Shown in pieces: positions 50,268 to 60,240 of a DNA stretch of 64,000 bases; position 1 is the first letter of the stretch, and every line of letters starts with the position of its first letter. Source of the DNA: an uncultured delta proteobacterium (lineage in GTDB: Bacteria > Myxococcota_A > Polyangia > Fen-1088); the NCBI GenBank assembly GCA_963737265.1, contig CAVTRY010000013.1:128001-192000 (forward strand), in the 5' to 3' direction. Made by a program: the position numbers and the translations under genes. The notes beneath the pieces were generated by a model, which saw nothing but the letters and a program-made list of their open reading frames with translations, did no database searches and was not told where the DNA came from.

Positions 50268-51116
50268 ATGGATCGGAAATCTTCTATTTTGAAATACCTA
50301 TCGTCCCTGCTGACGCTCCTCGCGACGACCGCGGGATGTGATGCCGTATTGGGCATCAGGTCGACGGAACCCGCACGGGACGGCGCAATGTTCCCGGACG
50401 CAGCGATCTCCGGAGGAAATGCGTGGGGCTGCGTGGGCCAGGTCAACCTCGACGAGATGAGCAGCGCGCCCATACCGATCGACCTCGTTGTATACGACGT
50501 GGCGACGCGCTTGCCGCCGCCCGGTCTGTTGGTTGTCGCTTGTTGGACGCCTTCGCCCGACTGTGCAGATTTCGCCGCTGGCCCCGTGGGTGCTATGGAC
50601 GGCGGAGACGTGCCGCTGTCGTTGCCGGCCAACTTTATAGGCACACTGACCATAACCGCCAACGGGATGATACCTAGCCTCATCCAACTCACGCGCCGAG
50701 TGGGCAAGATGACGCTGCCACCCAATCCTATCGAATTGGTCAGTCTCCAAACCGCTACATTCGAGGCGGAAGCCCTGGGCACCGCGATCGATCCAACACG
50801 CGGACTACTGCTTTTGCAGGCTTTGGATTGCAGTGGCAACAAAGCGAGTGGCGTGTCTTTTGAGCTTGAGACGCCTGCCTTTGGCGCTGAGCCCTTCTAT
50901 TTTCGCGGTCTCTATCCCGTCACGACTGGAGACGGCACCGATGCATCGGGGGGCGGCGGCATTCTCAACGTGCCCGTGGGCAATCAGATGGTGCGCGAAA
51001 TACGGGTCGCCGACGGCGAGATCATCAACAGCTTTCCGGCCGTCATCCAAGCGGGATGGGTCACCTACGCCACGGTGGAGCCTTCGGGCACGCTCAATCC
51101 AGACCCCGCTCAATAA
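50268..51116 (+). CDS. Hypothetical lipoprotein
   Basis: TAGC lipobox; WGC and DCSG motifs; beta-sandwich-like C-terminus. Confidence 0.65.
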   Translation: MDRKSSILKYLSSLLTLLATTAGCDAVLGIRSTEPARDGAMFPDAAISGGNAWGCVGQVNLDEMSSAPIPIDLVVYDVATRLPPPGLLVVACWTPSPDCADFAAGPVGAMDGGDVPLSLPANFIGTLTITANGMIPSLIQLTRRVGKMTLPPNPIELVSLQTATFEAEALGTAIDPTRGLLLLQALDCSGNKASGVSFELETPAFGAEPFYFRGLYPVTTGDGTDASGGGGILNVPVGNQMVREIRVADGEIINSFPAVIQAGWVTYATVEPSGTLNPDPAQ

Positions 51117-51132
51117 TTCGGCTGGCCCAAAC

Positions 51133-52188
51133 CTAGAAGCTCCCCGCGACCAACAACGACGCGCCCCCGGCCGTGGCGCTGATCGAGGGTCGAGCGGCGC
51201 GGCCCGGCGGAAACCAGTCCGGCCAGAATCGCCAAGCAATGTAGGTCGTCACGGCGGCGCTCGCGATTCCGACACTAAACGCCGCCGTGGAGATGCCAGC
51301 TGCTCGCTCCGCGCTTCGTCCCGCGTTCACTGCCGCGTCGCTGCACACGGTCTGTGCCTCGGGACAAAGCCGGGTGCGCTCGTCCCAATGCGATTTTGCT
51401 TGCAGTCCGTAGTAGGCCCCCACGGCGAGCGCCGTCACGGTCACGCTCGCTGCGGTCGAGCCCAAGGCAACCGAAGTCCAACCCCGGCGACGGGGCGGCT
51501 TGTCCTCGCTGGCGCTGGAGGAAGTCGCGGGCGCCGGCGTGACCGGAACCAGGGCCACAAGCGCCCGCAGCAATGGCACTTCAACGACCTTCGTGTCTCC
51601 TTCGTCGGCCAAGGTCACGTCGCTTTGCCAGTCCGCCCTTTCCGCGGCCGTGGCCCGCAGCGCGTGGCTTCCACCATCGACAGGATAGGGCGCGCCCCAG
51701 GCGGACTCCGGCAGGAGAACGCCGTCGAGCTCCAGCGAGAGCCCTGGCCTCCGGACGGTGGGCGACACGGATACGACGAGAGCCGATCGTCGTCCTCTCA
51801 ACTCGCCCATGCGTTGCTCCGCCAATTTCTCGCGCGCTGGCTTGTGTTCATTCTGGGCCAAGGACAGGACTGTCTTGTAGCTGGCCCAAGCGCTCGCCAG
51901 CTTGCCCTGACGTTCCTGGCAAAGGGCCAAATTGAGCGCGGTTCCGCTCGCTGGGTCCAGCCGCAGGCTCTCGGCGAAGAGCGGACAGGCCTTGTCGTAC
52001 TTCTGGGCAAGTAGGTGCGTGCGCCCTTCGGCGAACAGCGTTTCAGCCAGGGTTTCCCGTGCGTCGGTCGCGTCCGCCGCACGCGCCGGAAGGGCCACCC
52101 AAAAGCCGACTAAGACAGTCCATGTTCGGATTTGTCCTAGGCAGCGAAGAAGACGCCATCCCTCACTTGCGCTGCAGAAATTCTTCAT
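51133..52188 (-). CDS. TPR (PEGA-associated) membrane protein
   Basis: AETLFAEGR...ACPLFAESLRLDP...LNLALC; C-terminal TMs; start uncertain. Confidence 0.75.
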   Translation of the reverse strand: MKNFCSASEGWRLLRCLGQIRTWTVLVGFWVALPARAADATDARETLAETLFAEGRTHLLAQKYDKACPLFAESLRLDPASGTALNLALCQERQGKLASAWASYKTVLSLAQNEHKPAREKLAEQRMGELRGRRSALVVSVSPTVRRPGLSLELDGVLLPESAWGAPYPVDGGSHALRATAAERADWQSDVTLADEGDTKVVEVPLLRALVALVPVTPAPATSSSASEDKPPRRRGWTSVALGSTAASVTVTALAVGAYYGLQAKSHWDERTRLCPEAQTVCSDAAVNAGRSAERAAGISTAAFSVGIASAAVTTYIAWRFWPDWFPPGRAARPSISATAGGASLLVAGSF

Positions 52189-53605
52189 GCGTCGATAGAT
52201 CCGTGGAGGTCGCCGTCGACACGTTATCGGAGGTTCGAGTTGGGGGATTTTCCGATGCGGGACGAGCCGAGGGTTGGCGGGGACGTCTCGGACGAGAAGC
52301 CGGCAGGGCCCCATCGGTGACGAAAGATCGGACTTGCGCAGCCGCCGCCGTCGCTGAACCCGCGTCCCCGCGTGGCGGTACGCCACCAGCGTCAAGGCCG
52401 GCTGGCAGGGCCACCTCGGCGCGGTCCGGGGCGTATTCCCCTCGGACGAAGAGTGCGACGGCCGCCGCGATGCTGGCGGACGCGATCAGGCCACCGGCTA
52501 CCCAACCGGAGCGAAGCCTGCCACGTCGCGACTGAGGCGCGGGGATACTTGTCATGCTTAGTGGCCCACCCGTCTCGGTCGGTGGCCCCTGTCGTTCCCT
52601 GTCCGGCGCCTGAGCGGTGGACAAAGGCTCGGATTCAGTGCCGACGACGGGCTGCCAACCACTCGCGCGGCAAAGCTCCGACCAAAACTCACGCAGATTC
52701 GGATGCCGATCACGGGGACTCAAGGCGAGAGCTCGCGCGAACGCTTCCTCGACGAGGTCCGAGACTTGGCACCCGAGCGTGCGCGGCGTCGGGCGCACGG
52801 CGGCGTCCAGACACGCCGCCATCAATTGCGGTCCATCGGTTCCGTCGAGCGCGCGTCGACCCGCCATCATCTCGACCAGCACCAGTGCAAAAGCGTACAC
52901 GTCGGTCCAAGGCCCCGTGGCACCCAACCGCCGCAGCCATTGCTCGGGTGCGCTGTACGCGGGCGTGAAAGCCGTGGCGTCGCCCGTCGTGTCGGCCATC
53001 TGTCCCGTCAAGGTCGGCCATTGTCCCAAGACCTTGGCGACGCCAAAGTCGAGGATCTTCGCGGTCGTGGCGCCTTGCCGCCTGAGCAAGAAGATGTTGC
53101 CGGGTTTCACATCCCGATGAGCAATGCCTTCCACGTGCGCGACGGCCAGGCCGAGGGCGGCTTCGCGCAGGCATTGCAGTGCTTCGTCCAAGGCAAAGGT
53201 CGGCCGGGAACCCGCGCGTCGCGCGTGCAGCTCGGCTTCCAACGAAACCCCATCCAGCCACTCCATCGCGATGAATGGCAACACCGATCCATCGGCGACG
53301 GCCAAGGTTCCGGCATCGAATGAGCGCGCGATCGCGGGATGGACCGAGCCTAGCTTGAAGAGGAGCTTGCCTTCCGCCAGGAAGTGTTGAATGAACGCCG
53401 TTCTGTGCTCGTCATCGAGCCGGGCCGGCATTTTGAGCACCTTGATCGCGACGGGAACGTCCAAGGCCAGATGAATCGCCTTGTAGGTTACGCTAAAGCC
53501 GCCCTCGCCAATCCGTCGTTCGATGTGGTAGCGCCCGTCGATCACGCGGCCAGCGAGATCCATTCCACCACCGCCCGCGTGGTTCTTGTGTGGGGAGTCG
53601 GCCAC
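52163..53605 (-). CDS. Membrane-anchored Ser/Thr protein kinase
   Basis: IGEGGFS, VAIK, HRDVKPGN, DFG, APE, DVY; one TM. Confidence 0.93.
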   Translation of the reverse strand: MADSPHKNHAGGGGMDLAGRVIDGRYHIERRIGEGGFSVTYKAIHLALDVPVAIKVLKMPARLDDEHRTAFIQHFLAEGKLLFKLGSVHPAIARSFDAGTLAVADGSVLPFIAMEWLDGVSLEAELHARRAGSRPTFALDEALQCLREAALGLAVAHVEGIAHRDVKPGNIFLLRRQGATTAKILDFGVAKVLGQWPTLTGQMADTTGDATAFTPAYSAPEQWLRRLGATGPWTDVYAFALVLVEMMAGRRALDGTDGPQLMAACLDAAVRPTPRTLGCQVSDLVEEAFARALALSPRDRHPNLREFWSELCRASGWQPVVGTESEPLSTAQAPDRERQGPPTETGGPLSMTSIPAPQSRRGRLRSGWVAGGLIASASIAAAVALFVRGEYAPDRAEVALPAGLDAGGVPPRGDAGSATAAAAQVRSFVTDGALPASRPRRPRQPSARPASENPPTRTSDNVSTATSTDLSTHEEFLQRK

Positions 53606-53619
53606 GATCGTCGAGGTTC

Positions 53620-54951
53620 CTAATCCTGGCGCAGGGAGTCGGTCTCAATTCCAAGGCGTTCGCAGACCCGGTAAAAGGTCGCGCGGGATATCCCGAGGGC
53701 CGCCGCCGCGCGCGTCGCCACGCCCTTGGCGCCGACCATGGCGGCCCGCACCTGTTCCTTGGTCAAGGGCCCGTCGGACGAAAGCACGGGCCGGACATCC
53801 GGAAGATGCCGAACACTGATTTTCCTACTGTTACTCGCCATGGCTTGGCCAATGGCGTGCGAGACAGCGTACCTGAGATTGCGTACGTTTCCCTCCCAAT
53901 GGCCTAGGGCCAGCGCCTCCGCGGCGGTGGCGTCGAAAACCAGATCGGGTGCCTCCTCTGCAAGTATCGACTGCGCCAGGACCAACACCTCATCCCTGCG
54001 CTCGCGCAGCGGCGGAACCGAAATGATGAGGCCAGCCAGACGATAATAGAGATCCTTGCGAAAGGAGCCCGACGCTGAACAGGCCTTCAAATCCCGACTG
54101 GTCGCGCTGACCAAGCGAACATCCACGTCGACATCGCTGCGCGCGCCGACTGGACGAATCTGTTTGAGGTCGATGGCGCGCAAGAGCTTGGCTTGCAGAT
54201 CAAGGCCGAGGTCGGCGACCTCATCCAGGAACAAGACGCCACCGGAGGCCTCCCGAAAGGCTCCCGGATGGGCCGTGGCCGCCCCGGTGAAGGCGCCTCT
54301 TTCGTGCCCGAACAGCACCGATTCGAACAGAGGTGGAGGAATGGCGGCGACGTTCAGCCCGACGAACGGCCCCTTGTCTTTCCGGGTCGCATGCAGCAGC
54401 CGAGCGACGGCTTCCTTGCCGGTCCCGCTTTCGCCAAGCACCAGGACCGGCGCAGCTAGGTTGGCCACGCGGATGGCCTGTTCCCAAACGCGTCCCAAGG
54501 TTGGGCCGGCGATGACGTCCCGGGGTAGTCCGAGGAAACTGGCCGCGAGTCTCCTCGGCGCGACCTTGAATGCGTCGCCATCCCTCACCGCGAGCCAGAT
54601 GGTTGCGCCAAATCGCAGGATCGCGCCGAAGTCGGCGCAGACGCCGGCGGACTGGTCCACCCGTCGACCGTCGACAAAAGTCCCTCGCGTGGAACCCAAA
54701 TCCAGCACCTGCAAGCCCTTTGCCGAGGCATCAAGAACAGCGTGTCGCCGAGAGACCGTGCTGTCCTCGACCACGATACTCGAAGCCGGGTCGCGGCCGA
54801 GCTGACACTTGGTACGCACGGAGAAGATCGCCGGGGCCTGGTCTGCGACGGAGGGAAAGATCCGAACCAGTGCGGGTCGAAAAGGTGTTCGCCCTTCGTG
54901 GGGTGAGCCCTCGGTCGGGTCGATGGGCGCTGTTGTTGCTATGTCGGGCAT
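53620..54951 (-). CDS. FHA-domain sigma54 enhancer-binding protein
   Basis: FHA motifs GR..SRRH..GTF; [28 protein letters not shown]; Fis-type HTH. Confidence 0.93.
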   Translation of the reverse strand: MPDIATTAPIDPTEGSPHEGRTPFRPALVRIFPSVADQAPAIFSVRTKCQLGRDPASSIVVEDSTVSRRHAVLDASAKGLQVLDLGSTRGTFVDGRRVDQSAGVCADFGAILRFGATIWLAVRDGDAFKVAPRRLAASFLGLPRDVIAGPTLGRVWEQAIRVANLAAPVLVLGESGTGKEAVARLLHATRKDKGPFVGLNVAAIPPPLFESVLFGHERGAFTGAATAHPGAFREASGGVLFLDEVADLGLDLQAKLLRAIDLKQIRPVGARSDVDVDVRLVSATSRDLKACSASGSFRKDLYYRLAGLIISVPPLRERRDEVLVLAQSILAEEAPDLVFDATAAEALALGHWEGNVRNLRYAVSHAIGQAMASNSRKISVRHLPDVRPVLSSDGPLTKEQVRAAMVGAKGVATRAAAALGISRATFYRVCERLGIETDSLRQD

Positions 54952-55097
54952 GAAACTGCTGGTCGCGAAGCCTACGAGTCCGGAGCCGGCCGACCTATAG
55001 CACACCTAAGCGATGTGGGCGGCGACAGCTGAGTCAAACCCAGGCTGCCTACCGCCTGCCAAAGCCTTCGTCTTCCCTGCGGCATGCGTCACGCGAT

Positions 55098-55133
55098 CGT
55101 CTCAGCGAGATGGTCCCGTGTCTCACAAAGACA
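55098..55133. promoter_or_regulatory. Putative tandem enhancer sites
   Basis: cgtctcagcgagatg and tgtctcacaaagaca; gtctca cores 21 bp apart, about 90-110 bp upstream of the -24 element. Confidence 0.5.
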
Positions 55134-55207
55134 GTGCCGATTCCGCGATGGCCGAAAGAACCGCGCCGTCCCGATCGATTTTGCGGGGCCGCAACCAGAA
55201 ATTTCGG

Positions 55208-55223
55208 TGGCCTTCACCTTGCA
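55208..55223 (+). promoter_or_regulatory. Sigma54 promoter (-24/-12)
   Basis: TGGCcttcaccTTGCA, exact GG-N10-GC spacing, about 70 bp before the 55295 ATG. Confidence 0.7.
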
Positions 55224-55294
55224 TTACGCGCCGCTGTCCCGGATCGATTCCAGGTCCGGGTCGACGATCTACGGAAGAAAGAAAGGTATTTCAC

Positions 55295-58084
55295 ATGAAA
55301 GAGACGAGTAAAGACCGGTCTGTCGCCTGGAAGGCGGAGGCCGCGGTTCCGCCAGGTTTCGCGCGCCAATTAAAGTATTATAGGTCGCAAATATGTGAGT
55401 CCCGCGAGCGCCTAGGCGCCACTGGCATCGCCAGCTTGGCCGCCCTCGGAATGTTGTCGGCCTGCTCCGGGACGGCAACGTCGCAAGGAAATTCGATTCA
55501 GGCCCACCAAGCCGCCTTGACCACGGACTCGGGCCCGAGCCCGATGGGCTTCGAGTCGCCTTCCTATTGGCAGGTGACCCAGGGGAGCGTCCGCGCGCTG
55601 CAAAGCAGTGCGCAACGGACCAGTGGAGCCGCGGCCCTCGCTGTGGTCGGGCCATCGGGTTACGCGCGGATCGATAGCACTGCGTTATCGTCGACCAGTC
55701 CGGCGTTGGCGGGCTTGGCGACGGGAGCGAAGGCCGCAATTGACATCAACATCCCCGCGCAGCAAGCAAACCCGTACTGGTTTGGCGCGGTCCAGATGTA
55801 CGTGAATAGTCCGTCGCGTAACATCTATAATGGCTACCTCGGACAGGTCGAGCTCACGGGGATGCGCACAGGCAGCTATCAGACCATCCGCTTCGCGTTT
55901 CCCGACTACGTGGTTTCGGCGCTGACTGGAGCGAGTTTCGCGGACCTGACCTTCGGCATAGTTATCAATGTGCCGCAGAACAGCCCGGGCACCTATCTGC
56001 TCGACAATCTTCGTCTCAAGAGCAGCGTTTTGCCGCCGGCGCCGACCCAGCCTTCAACGGGAGAGTGGCAGGTTCCGGAAGGCCAGTCCACCACGCTCGT
56101 TGCTTGGAAGAGCATGACCGCTGGTGTGGCCGACCAGGTCGCGCAAGCCACGTTCACCCAGTCCTTGGCTCAGGTTCCACAGAGTCTGCACGTGGTCAAG
56201 GGCGCGGCGGGCGGTGGCACGGCGACCTTGGTGCTTGGTCTGACCGGCAGCACGGCCACGACCTGCACCTTTCAAGGTGACAGCGCCGGCGCGAACTATG
56301 TGCTTGTCTCTTGCACAGGTGGCGCGAAAGCAGGCGATCTGCTTCCCGCCGACAGCGTCACCCTGACGGTGAACACGGCCGACGCCAATTCACCCAAGAC
56401 CAAGATTCAGGCCCAGATCGCCCTGAATCCTGCGGGCGACGACATCGTCCAGGGGCTGCCGCCCATCCCGACCTATCTGGGATCTTCGGCGGCGGAAATG
56501 GCCGCCGCGCTCGACTCGTTCGCGCTGGCGCAGAAGAGCTGGCAGCTCGGCGACAACGTGGCGGTGCACCTGCCGACGCCGGAGCTCAACCTGCACGACA
56601 GCGAAACGACCAATGACGACATTCCGGCGCCGCAGCCGGGAGATACCGATCCGCCTTTCAAGAAGACTGTCAACCTGACCAACAGTGACATGGCGGACGC
56701 GCGCTGGCACCTCAACGGATCCATTGACGCGAATACAGACAGCGCCGGCACCCGCCACACGCATTTCGACAACACGGTGGGGACGGACATCTACATTCTT
56801 GGTGCGAAGATCAATTTGATGTCGATCAGCGCGACAGTCGATGCCAGCTCACCGGCCCCTAGCCTTGGCGGCGGCACCGGAACGTCGACGGCCAAGTACT
56901 GCTACTCGTATATCCTCCAGACCGAGCAGTGCAAGAACGCCAGCGGCAACATCGCCGCCCCCATCGATTTGTTCCGGGACAGCCCCAGCATCACCTTCAT
57001 CGACTTCACCTGGTGGATCTTCCACGTGGGTGCGAGTGGCGGTCTCGATATCTACGCCACGGTTCAAGGCGACGTCACGCCCAACGGCCTGGCGATCACC
57101 TTGACGCCGGGCGCGGCTTTGTGGTTCAAAGTGGAGGCCGGTGTCGCGGTCGGCTTTGCGGGCGGAGGTTTGTGGGGTCAGATCGACCTATTCAGAGTCC
57201 AGATTCCAATCACGGTTGGCGCTTCCATTGTCACCAACGTGGATCCGCGCGTGTGCACGCAAACTGTCAGCGAATCCCTCAGCGCACAATTGCAGTTCTC
57301 GGCTCTTGGAGGCAAGTTGGGCTACTACCTCGAAGGTGGTCTAACCTGCGGTTGGTGGGGTGGCCTGTGCTGGCGCGATGACGAAACGATCTTCCCCTGG
57401 GATGGACTAAAGGCGAATTACAACATCATTCCAGCGACCCCTCTCGTGAACCAGACTACCCCGCTGCCTCATGCGACTTGCGCTGTGCCCGGCGACGCCC
57501 CAGGCAAGGTGGACTATCCGGTGGATAGTGAATTATTTCCGCAAGGCACGACATCGTTCCTGACGGGAGAGTTCTCGCGACGTATTCCCCAGGATCCGCC
57601 GTCGGTTCCCCCGGTCGTCATGGACACGCCATTCGACTGCAAGACTTTCACGTGGTTCTCCAGTGATCCGTCTGACGTGATCACGGCGGTCCCGGGCCAG
57701 GCCATCGGCTGCACGCCCCAGATCGTCTACGGCAATCCCGGGACGCGCACCATCACCGTCGTGGCGAGCGATCCCGCGCTCGGCAACGGCAGCGCCAGCG
57801 TGCAGGTCACGGTTTCGCCCGCTCTGCCCAATCCGCCCATCCCAACCATCACCAGCATTGGCGGTTGCAATGGTCAGGCACAAGGAACGGCGACGGATCC
57901 GCTGGCCCAAGACCTGACGCTAAGCTGGTACGAGGAGCCTGGCGACCACGCGGTCGGTACGGGCACCACCTCGGGCAATCTGGGAGGTGGTTTCTCGGGC
58001 GCCCTTCGTCTGGCGGCCTCCGCACCGGACGGACGCGTGGGCGTCGTCGAGAGCCCTCTCCTGGTCTTCTGCGAGCCGAAGTAA
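55295..58084 (+). CDS. Large secreted lipoprotein: CBM-like domain, long amphipathic beta-sheet region, Ig-like tail
   Basis: LSAC lipobox; GFES...YLLDNLRL jelly-roll-like segment; long alternating hydrophobic strands in the second half. Confidence 0.7.
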   Translation: MKETSKDRSVAWKAEAAVPPGFARQLKYYRSQICESRERLGATGIASLAALGMLSACSGTATSQGNSIQAHQAALTTDSGPSPMGFESPSYWQVTQGSVRALQSSAQRTSGAAALAVVGPSGYARIDSTALSSTSPALAGLATGAKAAIDINIPAQQANPYWFGAVQMYVNSPSRNIYNGYLGQVELTGMRTGSYQTIRFAFPDYVVSALTGASFADLTFGIVINVPQNSPGTYLLDNLRLKSSVLPPAPTQPSTGEWQVPEGQSTTLVAWKSMTAGVADQVAQATFTQSLAQVPQSLHVVKGAAGGGTATLVLGLTGSTATTCTFQGDSAGANYVLVSCTGGAKAGDLLPADSVTLTVNTADANSPKTKIQAQIALNPAGDDIVQGLPPIPTYLGSSAAEMAAALDSFALAQKSWQLGDNVAVHLPTPELNLHDSETTNDDIPAPQPGDTDPPFKKTVNLTNSDMADARWHLNGSIDANTDSAGTRHTHFDNTVGTDIYILGAKINLMSISATVDASSPAPSLGGGTGTSTAKYCYSYILQTEQCKNASGNIAAPIDLFRDSPSITFIDFTWWIFHVGASGGLDIYATVQGDVTPNGLAITLTPGAALWFKVEAGVAVGFAGGGLWGQIDLFRVQIPITVGASIVTNVDPRVCTQTVSESLSAQLQFSALGGKLGYYLEGGLTCGWWGGLCWRDDETIFPWDGLKANYNIIPATPLVNQTTPLPHATCAVPGDAPGKVDYPVDSELFPQGTTSFLTGEFSRRIPQDPPSVPPVVMDTPFDCKTFTWFSSDPSDVITAVPGQAIGCTPQIVYGNPGTRTITVVASDPALGNGSASVQVTVSPALPNPPIPTITSIGGCNGQAQGTATDPLAQDLTLSWYEEPGDHAVGTGTTSGNLGGGFSGALRLAASAPDGRVGVVESPLLVFCEPK

Positions 58085-58149
58085 ACACGAACTGCTAACC
58101 TGGGGGCCGCTTGGCGAATCGCCAGGCGGCCCCACCTTTCGCGAGAACC

Positions 58150-60003
58150 ATGATGTCACACAAACGCCTCTTTCTTGTCGCTGGTCTGGTCCTGGTGGGT
58201 TCGGCTTCGGCCATCGCCTGGTCCCGGCTGCATTCGGCCGCGCCACCAACAGTGGGTTGTTTCCGATTGGGCGAGCAGATTCGCAGCAAAATGGATCTCA
58301 AGCTGTCCGTGAGCATGGGCCGGTCCAAACCACAGCACATGACACTGACCGGCGAGCTCGCGGCCACACCCGTGGATCGTCACGATGGCGTTGTGGAAGT
58401 TGCCTATGAGCTTACTCAGGCACAGGCCAACCTGGCGGCCAACGACGGCCTGCCTACCCCGGAACTCCATCAGGCCGAGTTGGAACTCGCCAGTGGGCTC
58501 GGGCAACGTTTCTATGTGCGCTACCGTCCCGACGGAGCGGCGGTGGCCATCAGTTTCGATCGTGGTTACGAGGTCGGCTTTGCCAATGTGTTGCGCACGA
58601 TTGTTGGCATGGCGCAAATTGTTCAAGGAACGCAAACCGCGCCGACATGGACCGTGCTGGAGGAGGACGCCAACGGCCAGTACCTCGCGTCCTATGCTCG
58701 CACGGATGGACCACGGCTGACCAAGCGAAAGCTCCGCTACATTGTGGAGAGCGACGCCGCCCACACGAACAAACAGCAAACCGCTGTCGTTCCGATCCCT
58801 CAGCTCGACGAAGCAAGCTTCGAGCTAACGCCGGACGCACGCGGACGAATTCGGGAAATGCAGGGGCGCGAAAAGGTCAACCTGTCGCTTCCCGCGGCCC
58901 ATTTGAGCGTGGAGACCGACGCTGAATTACGCCTTTCCCAGTCAACCGTCGTCATGGTGACCGCGTTGGTCGGCGACTACCAACGGCGCAAGAACGAGGT
59001 TCTGACCCAGCCCATGCAAGGCACTTCAGGGGATCCCAAGGTGCAGCGTGGTTTCAATGATCGGAAGGTCCTCGGCCGAGCGACCCTCGACCAACTGTGG
59101 GGCGAGCTCTTGGCGTCTCCGGATCCGAGCAATTCGGCCAAGAACGCGGACACCGTTCGGCGCTTCGAGGCGCTGTTTCGCCTACAAGAGTCCACCATCG
59201 CGGAAATCCTGAAGCGTCTTGCCGGCACGTCCCCGCAACTCGCGAAGATCGTGGTGGACGCACTCTCGCTCGCCGGGACAGAGGCCACGCAGGATGCCTT
59301 GGCCGCCATCGCCGTCGATGAACACTTTTCCGATCTTCCCCGTTCCTATGCTCTCCGTTACCTTGCCCACCAGGATACCCCAACCGCCGCGGCGCTGGCC
59401 GCGGCAGAGCGACTTATCGACGATGGCAATGAAGACCGCCGTCAGATGGCGCGTTTCGCCTATGGAACGCTCGCTTCCAAGCTCGCGGGCGAGCATCCAA
59501 GCCAAGCCGATTCCATGGTGCGTACGCTGCTGCAAAGACTTGAACGGTCCGCCAACGATGAAGAGCGGAGCGATCTCTATCTGGCCTTGGGCAATACCGC
59601 CAATATGGCCGCCTTCGAGGCACTTCAGCAAGCGACCACGAAGGGCTCACTTCTGCTGCGAGCAACGGCTCTTCAAGCCATCGGCCGCATCAACGATCCA
59701 CGCGTGATTCCACTGCTGGAGGCCGCGCTTGTTTCCAGGGAGCAATCGATCCGCATGGCCACCATGGACGGCATCGGTCGCCGCGAGATAGGCCCCTTCC
59801 TGCCTGCTCTGGTGAAGACAGCGCAAACCGACGAGAGTCCCTATGTGCGAAGCGCGGCTGTCGATCACCTTGGGTCGGCGCTCGACGCGGCTCCGCAACT
59901 GCGTGCGGTGCTGTCCGAGCGAGCCAGCAAGGACAGCGATGCCAAAGTTCGAGCCGCCGCCGTTCGAGCCCTCGAACCGAGATCGGCCACGCGGCAATAC
60001 TAG
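58150..60003 (+). CDS. Exported HEAT-repeat protein with vitellogenin/MTP N-terminal-like architecture
   Basis: Signal anchor; beta-rich N-half with EEDANGQYLASY; helical half with DALSLAGT, LALGN and HEAT repeats. Confidence 0.7.
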   Translation: MMSHKRLFLVAGLVLVGSASAIAWSRLHSAAPPTVGCFRLGEQIRSKMDLKLSVSMGRSKPQHMTLTGELAATPVDRHDGVVEVAYELTQAQANLAANDGLPTPELHQAELELASGLGQRFYVRYRPDGAAVAISFDRGYEVGFANVLRTIVGMAQIVQGTQTAPTWTVLEEDANGQYLASYARTDGPRLTKRKLRYIVESDAAHTNKQQTAVVPIPQLDEASFELTPDARGRIREMQGREKVNLSLPAAHLSVETDAELRLSQSTVVMVTALVGDYQRRKNEVLTQPMQGTSGDPKVQRGFNDRKVLGRATLDQLWGELLASPDPSNSAKNADTVRRFEALFRLQESTIAEILKRLAGTSPQLAKIVVDALSLAGTEATQDALAAIAVDEHFSDLPRSYALRYLAHQDTPTAAALAAAERLIDDGNEDRRQMARFAYGTLASKLAGEHPSQADSMVRTLLQRLERSANDEERSDLYLALGNTANMAAFEALQQATTKGSLLLRATALQAIGRINDPRVIPLLEAALVSREQSIRMATMDGIGRREIGPFLPALVKTAQTDESPYVRSAAVDHLGSALDAAPQLRAVLSERASKDSDAKVRAAAVRALEPRSATRQY

Positions 60004-60181
60004 GAATAGCGAAGATGAACTGCGTGACGGCAAAGAGCGCGGTTATGATCCCAATGAAGGGCGCGATGTTCCGAGTGTACGTCACCGCCTCAAGAAGTCG
60101 CGGAAGAATCGGGAACACGAGCCCGATGCTCACGGCGTCGAGACCGATTGTGGCGAAGGTGACCACGAGGGGTCTGCGCAT
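60004..60181 (-). pseudogene. Fragment of a TetA-like MFS efflux gene (first two TMs)
   Basis: MRRPLVVTFATIGLDAVSIGLVFPILPRLL...GIITALFAVTQFIFA; then runs into the convergent gene. Confidence 0.7.
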
Positions 60182-60240
60182 CGTGAAGTTTCCGATTCCG
60201 ATTAGGGCTAAGGGTCCTACCGGCCTAATCAAGATGCCAA

